A program made the position numbers and the translations under genes. A DNA stretch of 64,000 nt, taken from Amphiscolops sp. MND2022 (lineage: Eukaryota). Position 1 is the first letter of the stretch, and each line of letters opens with the position of its first letter. The stretch lies in contig OZ076409.1 of the NCBI GenBank assembly GCA_964187785.1, positions 11,162,001 to 11,226,000 on the forward strand. Direction: 5' to 3'. A model generated the notes under the pieces. That model was given only the letters and a program-made list of their open reading frames with translations. It did no database searches and was not told where the DNA came from. This document shows positions 45,234 to 58,543 of this stretch, piece after piece.

Positions 45234-48200
45234 ATGAAGTTTAAATTACCCGACTTGCAATTAAAATTTTCTCCCGAAAAATAGAAATGGTGAAAGAAGT
45301 GTTTCGAGGACGGTTTACGTATCAATGACACAGCTGAAGATGCTGGCAAATTAGTTTTCCTTCGTAAATTTGTCGGCTCTGACTATTTCACCCTCCGCGA
45401 AAGTTCTGCAACGTTCGCAGACACACTGAGAATGTTAGACACAGTTTCTGATGCCCACGTGAGTGCTGCTCTTTGACTGTCATCAAATGCTCATTGCCAG
45501 TCAAAAGGACAACGATTCCATCGTACAGTTTCTAGAAGGCTGAAACGACATTTTGAAGACTGCGGGTGCACCATTTTGACCGTCCAAGCACAATTAGAGT
45601 ATCTAGTACGAGACGCCTTAAAATCAGGGCTTAAGTCTAACGATAAGGGGGCAAGACTGTTGGAGCTGGAAGACTCCAAGGCCGACATCGATAGCTGCAT
45701 ATCGCTTGCATGTGACTTTTCGACATCTTTTTGAAGCACCAACTTTTCAACTGGAGCTGCGGCCAAGCTGTTCTCCCAGACAACTCGTGGCAACCTGAAC
45801 AACCTGGCACCTCCACTGCCTAACAGGTCTCGAACAAGCTGCGTCCGCGCTGTCAGCTCTGCGGTATAAAACAGCACCCACGCACTAGGTGCCCAGCCAA
45901 AAAGGACATGTGTCACAAATGCTCCAAAGCAGGACACTGGGCGTCGGTGTGAAGATCGACCGCTGACGTCTTGCAACAGTCATCTGATGAAGAACTCGAG
46001 ACTGCCACTGTTTTGTGTAGTACTGGCCGGCCGCCTGCCAATCTAAACATCAGTCTCAAACGTGCCGAATTGGTATTAACGGAAAAGAAAATTGCCCCTC
46101 CGAATAAACTCCCTGTTCAGTCTATAGTGGAAAACCGATCGCTACAAAATCGCGCCGTCAAAAACCCCAAGACGTTGCTTTCATGGAGTTCGAGAATGCC
46201 CGCATGCTCACTGAGGGCATAGCTCAAGTTTCCACGTCTCGCTGGCGGGCACAAGCATTTGTCGTAATGGACGTTCCCAAACCACGGATAGTGATACACT
46301 ATTCGCTGAAAATAAATCGTCCTTCGTCCAGGGATGCGTTTCCTTTCGCAAATATGCAAAATCCGCTTGATCAAGCAGCTGAGAACACTGTTTTCTCAAA
46401 ACTTGATTTGAAGTCTGCGTATCATCAAAATCCACTCCAACGCAAATACATGCCTTTCACTTCGTTCGAAGTAAACGGACGCCTTTTTGAGTTCACCAAA
46501 GACTCCTTTTGGGGTCAAACGCTGTAGCGGCATTTCAACGAGGAATGAGAGCCTTTATGCATCGGTACAACTTGAAGCAAACGCACCCATATCATGATGA
46601 TGTGATAATCTGAGGCAAATCCGAGGAGGAACACCAAAAACAACTGAAGATTTTCCCAAAAGTGGCCAAGATTGAGGGTCTGACGCTGAACAAATTGCGT
46701 TTTTGTCTAAGACAGTGTCAATTCTCGGTCACATCGTGGTAGTTGGATTTAAACGCCCCGATCCGAGCCGAATCTAGACTCTGATTCATCTCCTTATCCC
46801 CGAAAACTCGCCCCATTTGAAACGTGGATTCTTTGCGTAAAACGCAAAGTGGGTTGCAGATTACTCAAATATGGTTGCCCCTTTGCTCGCAGCACAGAAT
46901 CAACTGACTTTTCCGCTCAGTCAAGTGTCTCGACTGGCTATCTCAACTCTTCAGAAGGAAGTTGCCTCCGCTGTTTGCCACTGACTTCCCCGGGCAAACG
47001 AGGTCTTCGTTCTCCAAACCGACGCGTCCGGAACAGGTATCGGAACGACACTCAGTCAAGGCGACAAACCTGTCAGCTTTTTTGAGAACTTTGAAGATAA
47101 CGAAATGGCTTTCACGGTTGTCGAACGGGAAGCTATGGCCATCTTGGAAGGCTTACGCTATTTCTCGGACCTGTGACGTACGTTACGGGTTCAGTTCGAA
47201 CAGACCAAACGGCGCTCTCTTTCATTTTTGGCCAACTCTTACAGAGTAAAAAAAGACCAGTTGATTCGCTGGCGCTTGGAACTATTGGAATAACACTTCT
47301 TAATAAGCTATCAGAGGGGTTCTCAGAACGTGCCATCTGACGCGCTGTCTCGATTAGCGACATCCCAGCTGTAAAACTTTACACGCGACACTTGCGCATC
47401 CGGGAGAGACCCAACTGTACAAGTACATTCAAAAACCTAAAGTCCCAATATCCTTAGAGGAGGCGAAAAGGGTTACCGAAAACTGCAAAACGTGCGTTCT
47501 GTTTAAACCGGACTTTCTGCGGCCGCCCGGCAGCGATCTTATCCGATCGCCCAAACCTTGGGATTAACAATCAAGTGACATTGTTGGCCCTAAATCAATG
47601 ACTCGAAGCAAGAACCAGTGCCTTCTCAAAGTGGTGGATGAGTTTAGTAGGTTTCCGTTCGCTTTCCGTCTCCGGAACGTCACGTCTAGTAGCGTCATCA
47701 AATGTCATTCGACACTTTTTGCTATCTTCAGAACCCCCTTGTTCGTTCACTCCGACCAGTGCACACAGTTCATGTAATCGGAATTCCAAAACTTCTGCCG
47801 CCAAAATGAAGTTCCTCCAAAACTATGCCCTACCATCATCAGCGCAAGGACCAAAATGAGGGCTACAACCGAAATGTGTGGAAGGCTGTTCAGTGCCTGT
47901 TACACTCCGCAAACTGTCAACCCTCCGACTTGAAAATGGTCCCACCATTGGCGCTCTCGGCGATCCGGACACTCATCAAAACTGTAATGAAGGAAAGACC
48001 CCATGACCGCTTCTTTTGTTTCAAACGCGGTGAGCTGCTGATCCGTCCCTCCAGGAGCGCACCTTGACTCAATGCAGATACTCATGCGTACCTCCTGACA
48101 TTCGCAAGGGCAGAAGACCAAGGTCCAGTTGTGCTTGTACAGTTATCCGAAATTATCTCTCCTCACATTGCCCGAGTCTCCTTCGACAATGGGCGAGTTG

Positions 48201-48583
48201 ACACAGTTTCTACCAGTGACCTCTCTCGTCCACCGCCGGATGTTGACAACGAAGGCACAATCTCACAACCAAGCGATCAGTGCAGAGAGAAGGAGACCAA
48301 CGTAGACCCTGAAATCTGAACCCAGTGTAAGCAACCTTAACCTGTGGAACCAGTAAAGAAATCGCAAGTCAGTTCGGACTCTCCTGCTCCCACCTTGCCG
48401 CACGCAGCAAGGAATACGAAACCACCTACATACTTGGACGACTTTAAGTTGGCGACGAACTAGAGTGTTTCGAAGAGGAAGGAGTGTTAAGAATGTAATG
48501 TATGTAATATCTTGTATGTCTGCTTCGGATGAAAGCTTATTAAAGAGAATTTTCCTGCAAGTGGTGTTTTCCCCACCACAACA
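45234..48583 (+). mobile_element. Heavily decayed small Gypsy element D
   Basis: VFSKLDLKSAYHQ and YHDDVII RT; LQTDASGTGIG RNase H; H..AHPG..CKTC integrase finger; PPT GAAGAGGAAGGAG (48472-48484) followed by a candidate short LTR TGTTAAG..CAACA (48485-48583). Confidence 0.75.
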
Positions 48584-49016
48584 TGCACTTTTCCTCCTAT
48601 TCGGAAGATTATTTATATTTATACGATGTTCAGGTCCGGAGTCAAAAATGATGATGCTAACTACTGATCTATTAGCTACCAAGTCTTCTTGGTCTCAGGG
48701 TGACTTCCCTCCAAGTTTTACTGTTGTAAAGTCAAGAATCATATTGTTCCGAATCAGATAGGATTTCAGTCATGCAAGAGTGGTGTCCTGCTTGAGCTTG
48801 ATTTCTTCTGTTTTCAAAACAAATTTAGACTTCGTGGGGTGCAGTCGGTTAAAATTGTTTTCTTATTTCACTCTATTACCATATTTAGCTGTCAATCTAT
48901 CAACTTTTATTGATCTTTCATTTTCTTGTTTGTCAACAAAAAGTTTTATCACTCATTTTGTTTGTCAACAACTATTGATGTACTGCTAATTTGTACACCT
49001 TCAACACTGTTAAACA

Positions 49017-49896
49017 ATGGAAAATATGATCAATTTCGAAACGTTCAAAAAACTAAACACGGAAGAAAAATTCAACCTATTCGAAAAAGTTTACCAACAA
49101 AACGTCAAACTCAACAATTTACTTGAAAATGTTACGATGAGGCTGGATACCCATGAGAAAAAATTGAATGACATATTACGCAATCAAGAAACCAACCGAG
49201 TAAATAATCCCAACAATGTAACAGAAATCAAAGACAATCAACAACAACCAATACAAATTCGTTCATTTCGACCTCACTTGCTGAATCCAGAAACGGAAAA
49301 CCTTATTATTGGATCGAGCATCATCAGTAGAATAAATCAGAACGACCTTCCTCGTGATGTGGCTATCCATGCTTATCCAGGATCAACGACTGAAGAAAAG
49401 GCAGGAATACTGGACTCATAAGAAAACAAACAACTACGGACGGTAACCCTCCAGGATGGAACAAATAGCCTGCTAAAGCAGAGAAGTATCAATGTGAAAA
49501 ATCATTTCGAAAAACAGAAACTGTTAGTTGAGAAATTATCTTCGAAATTTAAGCCGCAGAAAATTTTCATTTGCGAAATTTCACCGGTAAAAAATGATGA
49601 TACTGTCAATGAGCAAATTCGAAATTTCAATAATCTATTGAATAACGAATATCATGATAATCCAGCTATTGAAACAATCAATTTACACGAACGAATTTGT
49701 GCTGTTGATAATTCAAACAATCTTTTTTTTCGACAATATACATTTCAATTGTAAATATGGGTTGCCTTTGATAAAGTTTTCCTTACTCTCACATATTTTG
49801 AAATACTCAAACAATGTACCTCGTGAACAACTGGTTCAAAAGAAAAATTATTGGAATTATCCGAGATCAAACAATTATCAGAGAAACTTCAACTGA
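49017..49896 (+). pseudogene. LINE ORF1: coiled coil plus SGNH esterase-like domain (one stop, one frameshift)
   Basis: LIIGSSII, AYPGST, QDGTNSL, ICEISP and DNIHFN blocks; TAA at 49419-49421; frameshift in the T-run near 49725. Confidence 0.75.
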
Positions 49897-49914
49897 TAAT
49901 TTTTCATTTGTTCA

Positions 49915-52900
49915 GTGTTGAGGATGTCTGATGAATTATCATACATGCAGTTTAGGTTTCTCTGTACCATGCTGCTTTTTCTCTTTGCTCTACTTAGAGC
50001 TAATACTGTTAGCATAAATTCCTTGAATATTGCTGAAACCTACTCTTTGTTGAGGTCATCTTCTATTCATGAAAGAAATAAATTTGGGTACTTTTATGAA
50101 AATCCAGAGATCCTAAAACTTGTGCTTCTTCTACTTTTGTTGTCTGGAGATATCGAGCGTAACCCGGGCCCTGTCATGACTTACACACAAACTCTGCAAA
50201 TCATTCAGAATAAGGAAAATTACCTGAAATATGTACATCTGAACTTTCAAGATATTCGAAAGAAACAAAATGGCGTAAAAAATTTAAGCAATGATCTTGG
50301 CCCAAACACAGTTCTAGCTATAACTGAAACATGGTTGACCGAAAAAGATGAATATAAAACATGGGATATTTCACCTAAAACTCATAAATGCTTTAGATAC
50401 GATAGAAAGTGTGTAGATAAAACCAAAGGCGGTGGTATTCTCCTATATATCCCTTATAAATTAGAACCAAAAGAATTACCGGAACTAAACTTGTGCAATA
50501 CGGAACTGTTTGAATCATTATGGGTTGAACTTAAACGACCCCAAGTCGCCTCTCATGTGAACAAAGTTCTATTAAATGTTTCGTACAACCCTCAAAAATC
50601 ATTTTCTGGCCTTTTTCTTGAAAATTTATCTAAAAGTATTGAAGTGGCTATGCTTAAGACAACCAACATTGTTTTGATGGGTGATTATAACATAGATTAC
50701 CTGAATCAACCTGAACAAAATCACCTTGACTCGGTCATAAATCATTTTGCACTAAATGTTTGTTGCCCAACGGTTCCAACAAGAGTAGGCAAAACCTCTG
50801 AAACTCACATCGATTATATAATAATGGAAAATGTTCAAAACTCGTTTGTGTTTGACATACCCTTCAAAACAGACCATTTCGCATCAATACTTTTTAGTAG
50901 TGAGAAGATGAGAGATAGAAAACCAATAGAAAAAATGGTTTTTGATAAATCCAGGTTCAATAGGGATGAATTTCGCACAACTTTAAGATCTCTGGATTGG
51001 GACCTAATGTATAATCAATGTAATGCCGATTCTATGTTGTACACTTTTATTTCTCTATTAGGTGGAGCTTTGAAGCAGCACGCTCCTTTAAAGAAAGTTT
51101 TTATCCGTACTCAAAAACCAGAAAAACACCTTAAATCAGAATGGTTCGACCATGAATGTAAATGCCTGCTACAAAAAAGAACAATAGCTCTTTAACGTTA
51201 CCAACGCCAAACTTCTGCTATAAATTGGGAGAAATACAAAACATTGAGAGCAGAGTTTTCGGAACTAATAGCTAAAAAGCAATCTGATTACAGCTTGAAC
51301 TTATTGGAAACCTTCAAATCGTCCAGAAAAACATGGAATTTTATCAACAACCTACGCAATACAAAAAGTGAAAACTCGCGAATATCGGCACTAATGAATA
51401 CTTTCGGAGATTTAATTGCCGAAGACAAAAAGATTGCGAACCTACTGAACTATACATTTTCACACCTAGGTGATTACTACGGAAGAAAAATACCAAATAA
51501 CATTGAAAGCAAAACTACACTTAAATTGTTTAGTTTCCGACCAACCACCATCAAAGAAGTCTTCGATGCAGTAAAATCGTTGAAAATCAATAAACCCCTA
51601 GGACCAAGCTCGATACCAGCATGGGATATTAAAGACGGAATGACTGAAATTGTACCACAACTCACAATGGTTATAAATGAATACGTTAAAAAACAAAAAT
51701 TTCCCTCAATTTTGAAGAAAGGTCTCATTACACCTTTATATAAAAAAGATGACCCACTAAACCCTTTGAACTACAGACCCATTACAATAACGAGCAGTTT
51801 GTCAAAAAAATTTGAAAAACTTTTGCATAAACAAATTAATCAATACCTATCATCTAATAAACTTCTGTCTCCTCTTCAATTTGGCTTCCGTGAGAAAATA
51901 TCAACACAAGATGCTCTCATTTATTTCACCGAATCGATCCGTAAACATGTTGACGAAAACGATACTATTTATTCAGTATGTATAGATCTTTCAAAAGCAT
52001 TCGATTCCGTCTCCCACCAAATTTTGTTGGAAAAATTGAACTTAATAGGCTTCAATGATGATGCTTTGGAACTAATTTTTAGCTTTTTATCACACAGAAG
52101 CCAACAAGTTGTCATCAATAATACGGTATCCTACATCACCGAAACATATCAAGGTGTACCGCAAGGAACACTACTTGGACCATTACTTTTTAACATCTAC
52201 AAAAACGATATTACAAAATACATCTCGGAAGAGTGCAGAATTATCCAATACGCCGATGACTGTTTGATATACTCAGCGAATCCAAAACCTGACATTGCAT
52301 TTGAGAATTTACGAATCTGTCTTGAAAAACTAGAAAATTATTTTCGGTCAAATCAGTTAACCCTGAATGCTTCTAAAACAGAATTCATACGTTTCTCAAC
52401 ACCAAAAATAACCGTATCCAATAGTCAACTTATAGTTGCTGGTTCCAATGTAAAACTTAAGAATGAAGTAAAGTATTTAGGCATTATCATCGACAATAAA
52501 CTAAGTTTCGAATATCAAGTTAAAAGTGTGCTTAAAAAAATGGCCCTTGGCATAAGAGCAATTCAAACAATACGCAACAACCTACCCAAAAAGTGTTTAA
52601 AAGTGCTGCTTCATGCTCTTGTCCTAAGTCATTTTGAATATTGTAACCTTCTTTCAACGGACATCAGTAGTGCTCTTTTACTTTCTTTAGAGAAACAACT
52701 GAATTGGGCTCTTAGAACCGTGTTCTACAGATCTAGAAACAAATGCTCAACCTCTTTGAGAATATCTGAAGAAATTTTAAGTATGAAACAAAGAATTGAC
52801 TTGAAATCATTTGACTTATTATATTCGATTCTCAAAAACGAAAGGTCAGCTTTTCAGAATCATCTTAAACTCCCAACAATGAGTTTTCGAATTAATGAAA

Positions 52901-53130
52901 GAAACAAAAAAATTATATTGAAAGAGCCTGGTTCCAGTAAGTTTCTTCATGGATTCTTCTTTTATACCTGTGTGAGAAGTTGGAATTACTTACCCACTGA
53001 ACTGAGAACAATCAAATACAAGAGAGAAAAATGGAAGAAACTTATCAAAGAACACATGATACAACTTTACAAAGATTGTCCAACTTTTTATAAAAACCAT
53101 ATTTGGCACTGCTTCCAACTTCTCCAATAG
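49915..53130 (+). pseudogene. CR1/L2-group LINE ORF2 (2A peptide, APE endonuclease, RT) with a single nonsense codon
   Basis: ITETWL, MGDYNID, IDYI and TDH (APE); NYRPI, DLSKAFD, GVPQG and YADD (RT); both ORFs in the same frame around TAA 51193-51195. Confidence 0.93.
50149..50172 (+). other. 2A (StopGo) ribosome-skipping motif DIERNPGP
   Basis: LLLLLSGDIERNPGP matches D[V/I]ExNPGP directly before the APE domain. Confidence 0.9.
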
Positions 53131-55624
53131 TTCAAAAGTGCTACTTTATTTTAACTTCATTTCAATTACTACGCCTACTGTACCAAATAAGTTGTTTCTT
53201 TTTTATAAGGTATAGTAATTAAGCGTCTTTCTCTCTCTCTCTCACTTGTCGATTACTTTTAGCCATTGCTTGTGTTGGAATGGACTTGGCTTACTTTTAT
53301 CAATTTTTGGCTGGAAATCTTTAAGCCAAATTACTCACGGAAAAACAAGACAAATGATTTCGAGCCAAGTGACTTGTGACCGTTTGAAGTCAATTGGCGC
53401 AATGTCAAATGTTCTAATGAGTTTGGACACTTGACTTGATACCATTTGGTTGAAAATCACTAAGTTGAAAACGCGCGGCAGGTTTCGACGGATCTCAATG
53501 GCTCTTCAAATCGGCAATGCAGCCTGTGTTCTAGGAACTGTTTGCGAAAGAAATGCCTTTGAAGAATTAATTACTTAGTTTTTTTTGAACCTGTACAACA
53601 TCGTAGCTTTTAAGAAACTTGTTTTTTTTTCGGTCGACTGGGATAGAGGCTGGTAGGAGTACTTTGTTTTTTTTGCCTCCTTTCTTTAGACCACGGGTGT
53701 GTCACCACCCCCACAAGATTCAAGATATCTGATATTGCAAAAAAAGCACTTGATTGATGAAGATCCAAAATATCTGATAGTGCAAAAAAAAGATTTGTCG
53801 TAAGTTTTTTAACGTAGTCAGCTATGTTCACCTTCCCTTAGTGCAGAAGCGAAGCGGATCGACGTGTTCTTTGGCCATGCTTCAATGTTCCTGCTTCTCG
53901 AAGGTAGCGAAGCGACCGAGTCATGCTACAAATATGCTAAACACGTTAAAAATTCAAGTTTTGGGCTTCAATAAGTTGTTTGTAGCCAATGCTTGAGTTA
54001 GAATGGACATGGTTTAATTTTGTGGTCATTTGGCCTAAAAATTTTGAGCCAAATGACTCGATGAAAAAATTGAGCCAAATTTCCATGCGACTGTACAATA
54101 AATAACTGGAATGTCTTGTGAAGCCTGTGGAGAGGTCACTCCCCTTGCGAGAAATCGCAGAAGCCCTATTACTACTACTACTGACTTTAAGCTATGTGAA
54201 TTGTAACTGTCTAAAAGTTGACGGTATATAGAGACTGCCAACAGCTGATCTGTCACTGGCGTACCTTTTCTGAGTAACATCAGTGTGTTGCACTCTGGCC
54301 ATAGCGAGGGGTCTCCTTGGGTGGTCCCTTTCCGGACAGCAGCATGACTGATGAGGTGAAAATTCTTTGTTTCTAGTTAAAGATCGAATTGTTTTGTTAG
54401 TTTTGTTTTCATTGATAGATTACTATTTTCTGTTTATTTTACCATTTGTTGCAATAACTCTTCGGCATCTGAAAGTGCTCTAATTATTCTGAAATTACCT
54501 TTTGGTTGCGCTGTATTTGTGGAATGCTCTTTCAAATCTCGACCACGTATCTAATCTTCAATTTCTGATCACTTCAATCAATAGTGAGAGTCACCTCAAA
54601 GAATAATTCTTAATGGTGTTTGCGGAAAAGTGTCTAAATTGCAATGTATAAAGATAGCGAGTGAGAAATTCTTCCCGTTTTGCATTGAGACGTTATTTTT
54701 GTTCGCCCATAAATAATGAGGGTATCATCCGTTCTAATGCTCAAACAGTGCGAAGGTAGTGACTGTCGCATAGCCTCGTAAAAATAATTGCCAAATTATG
54801 GTGTATGTTCCCTCAAATGTTTCCATAAATTAAGCTGTGAAATGATTAATTCTATAAATCATGCTTAAAAATAAATAATTGCAATAATTGTAAATTGGCA
54901 AAAATGAATTCACAAAATTTTTGATACAAGTTCGGCGTTCCAAAAAGTTTTGTTAAGGAAAAGAATTTTAGTAGTGTGCAATTTTTGATTGGATGATGCA
55001 ATACAATACGTCAGCCACAAGACAAACTAGTGCGTCATGCGTCTGATGAGAGGAATACCCCAAACATGACAAAAATAAAAGTACAATTATTGCTAAAATG
55101 ATTGCTCACGTTCCGTAAATCATTCCATATTAAAGGTCTGAAAATAAAATATTTCCATAATCAGTTGCATGAGATAAATCATTTATGGAAATTATTTCAC
55201 TGAAAAATTATTTTTACGGAGGCCCTGGACTGTTGAATGCAGAGTGCTGTGATCAAACAATTGGGCCAAATATTGACCTCATTGTTTTCAAGCTTCATAT
55301 TTTTGATGTACACGTATTTTATTTAGTTTGTTACTTGCTTCTTGAGGCTGCTGCTTACGACGGATCGCCGCGTTCAGTTGAATGTAGTTTTTGTTGTTTC
55401 GGTATGAATTGTTTTTCGGTATATTGCCGAAACATTCGCACCTGTGTACAAAACTGTTTTCGAAGACCGAAATCACTCGAGCTGCAATTTTCCCGACCTG
55501 TTTTTTCCAAACCAACTTATCGTACCGTTCTCATAACCAAAAGCTGTAGTTTATAAAAATGAAATGTTCAGATATTGAATCATTTGTATAAAGTTGAAAA
55601 ATACTAAATTGATCAGAATATACT

Positions 55625-57087
55625 TCATGGTGTCTTTCTGAATTGAAATGCTGATTGTATTGTAATCGTAACCACGATGACCAAAGCTCCTGCTAAACAC
55701 ACTAAGTCGTAAGGCTTGTCGAAGTACAGCAATTGCACTGCGTAACCGGCTGGAATAACTGTCAATCGAATAATCAAGGCAAAAAATGGACTGGAAGCTT
55801 TAGATGAAACGATAGCCGCAAACTGACCCGTGAACTGCATGAATCCGTTGAATATTGGGATCAACCGGAGGTACTCGGAACATGTTATACCATTACCCGT
55901 GTTATCGTCACTCTTGTAAACCATCGCGATAATGAATGATGTCATAAAAATCAACAAGCCTTGGAACAGTGTATCGTACACGATATACAATTATATGAAA
56001 TCCGTGTTATTTTACATGTTATACGAAGATGCCATTATCATACGAGTTATACGGAGAATCGCTTTTCAGCCATTTTGCGTCGATTTTTCCCATAATGCAC
56101 TTGAGAAGTTTTTTGGAAATTATGAAATTTTTGTGATGAATTTCAAATGAAATGCATCCTAAAATTGTAATAGGCAAAATGGGATTCGAAAAGGGGGCTA
56201 TTGCAATCCCCTTTTCGAAACAATTAACACTTTCCGATTACAAAATGATCCAAAAAATGTACTCCATGGCTTTATACGATATAAGAGGCCAATTATACGA
56301 ATGTACGATATATGAAACGAATTATATATGAAACTAATTATGCGAATACACGTTATAAGAGGAACTCAGTATACGACAATACACTGCCTTGGAATGATGC
56401 ATGTGTCGATGACGTAATGTGTGAGAATTTGGAGAGATAAGTGTAGAAAATGACTCCATTGAAAGCCATAAGGGAACAAAGGAGCATTCCAATGGCTGTA
56501 TCAGAGGCACTGCGAACTTCCGCTGAGTTGTGAACGAAGTTGAATAAGAAGGGAGGCTTTGCCACCATGAGAATTCCCACTGTGACAAACAATGAACAGA
56601 TGACAGAAATCTTGGACGGACGTTTCGATAGAATGAAGTATTCCGCCACAATAAGTCCAAAGATCTGAATTCCGTTTCCTGAAATTTTTTGAATGATGAT
56701 GGAACATATGATGGAGTTTGAACGGAATTACTCAACGGAAAAGAGCTAACCCAAAACTATGCTGTCTCCCAATTCCAAAAACAAAAGAACGAAGTAGACG
56801 CAAACCACGTGTACACAGCCTGCGGTTACTTCGAGAAGAAAGGGTGCCCATATTTTGTGCAGTTTTTGCGTCCCATGATCATTCTGCAAATCGTCCGTTT
56901 TCTTTTTGCGTGGTTGATAGAATAAAAGAGGAGTAGCGAGTAATCCACTCCATGCTATGCTGGGCCAGATATATTGCGGGTTTTTCTTGACACTGATGGA
57001 ACATACAATGTTACAAGCTGCTGCAATAACTCCCAGAGCTACAGATGCTATCAATCTTCGGTTTGTTCTCGTTGGAGTAAGTTTCAT
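55625..57087 (-). CDS. EamA/DMT-family membrane transporter, SLC35G-like (host gene, interrupted by a MITE)
   Basis: Multiple hydrophobic helices; LELGDSIVL|GNGIQIFGLIVAEYFIL across a GT-AG intron at 56679-56750; GILMVAKPPFLF; C-terminal half at 55625-55959; start codon uncertain. Confidence 0.7.
55967..56386. mobile_element. 420-bp hAT-type MITE inside the transporter coding sequence
   Basis: TIR CAGTGTAT(C/T)GT; perfect 8-bp TSD CCTTGGAA at 55959-55966 and 56387-56394. Confidence 0.9.
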
Positions 57088-57576
57088 TTGGACTTTCTGT
57101 GTTTGTATGCTATTCTTTCTGGCTCTGCTTTTAAAAACAAGTCGAATGAGCGCGTTCTACTGGGAAAATTGCAATTGAGTGATCATGCTTTTAACGCAAA
57201 ATATCGATCATATTTTTATCAAATATCTTTTAGAAATTTTTTTGTTGCATTACTGCTTGAAAATGAGTCCAGTGCTTTTCCCCGTTAACGGATGTATCGT
57301 GCAGCGATATGAAACATCAACGCTATTGAATTTTTCCGACGTTCTTCGTGCCTGTGTTTTGAAAAGTTATCGATTTTATTGGCTTTGCTTTTTCTGACTC
57401 GAAATTGTTTCAAAATTAATTCATTTATAGTTCCGTTTCCGTGAATGCTTTCGTAGTAATTTCGGAATATTACGGGTTTTCCGGTATAAAAGTTATTTTG
57501 GTACTTATGTGCTTTTGGTACTTTATCATCTTGAACGTAATTTTTGGAGAAATTGCCAATTGCAAACTATAGAAAA

Positions 57577-58543
57577 TAAGGTTCCAAATAAGCCAAGCCA
57601 GCTTTTACCAGCTTTAAGCCAAGGTCAAGCTGAGCCAATGAAAAGCTTAGCTAATAACGTGTTGAACAAAAGCTCAATAAGCCAAGTCATGGCTTGGCTT
57701 GAAATATTAAACAAGCTCTTGTAAATTAATTAGTGGAATTCCGTGCGGCGGAATTAGGGTGACCTGGTCGCTTTTTTCCCAAAGTAGCTTTTTTGGTCGC
57801 TTTTTATACGTTATAAGAGATTAAGTGCCTAGTTAAGTGCCCAAAGTGGACACAGCAACGTCATATCTGGAAATGTCAGTGACTTTCTTTACGCAATAAG
57901 TTTTGAATGCTTATGTGTATACAGGGGTGTTCAATATTTTATTCGAATATTATTATTGCTTAAAAATAAATTATTTTATTTTCAGGGTAGAAAAAATAAA
58001 TAATTTTATTATTTTTTTTGCTAAAATAATTATTTTTATTCTCAGCGAAAAACGGATATCAACAAAAACTCAAATTAGCTATCCATAATCAGGCCAAAAC
58101 GAGGCGGCAGGGCTTTTTTAATGGACTCTTCGGCCTTTTGAGTCAGTAGCCCAAAGTATTTGACAAAGGTATTTCTAGAAATTAGCTCAAGATTTCTGCA
58201 TTTTCGAATTTAATTGGCTGACGATATGTTGAATTAAGCGCTTTTAGTTTTAGTTATCTCAAGAATAATTATTTTTATTTTAAGAGGTCCAAAAATAATT
58301 ATTTTTATTCCTTTGAGTGAAAAAATAAATTATGTTATTTTATTTATTATAATTATTCTTACCCATAATTATTTATTGAACACCCCTGTGTGTATACCTA
58401 TTTCATATTCTGTTCAACATTTTGTTCCTAATATAATTTATGGTTACTAAAACATGTCTTGATAATCTCAAGCGTGAAAATTTCGCATCAAGGTAAGCCA
58501 AGATTTAACAGGCTTGGCTTAGCTTGGCTTATTTGCAACCTTA
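57577..58543. mobile_element. hAT-like MITE (outer)
   Basis: 22-bp TIR TAAGGTT(C/G)CAAATAAGCCAAGC; subterminal AAGCC repeats; imperfect ATAGAAA flanks. Confidence 0.75.
57922..58388. mobile_element. hAT-type MITE nested in the previous one
   Basis: TIR CAGGGGTGTTCAATA; perfect 8-bp TSD TGTGTATA. Confidence 0.9.

Larger units (their letters stand above)
49017..53243 (+). mobile_element. Near full-length CR1/L2-group LINE
   Basis: ORF1 plus ORF2 and a (TC)n tail at ~53229-53243; 5' end not defined. Confidence 0.85.
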
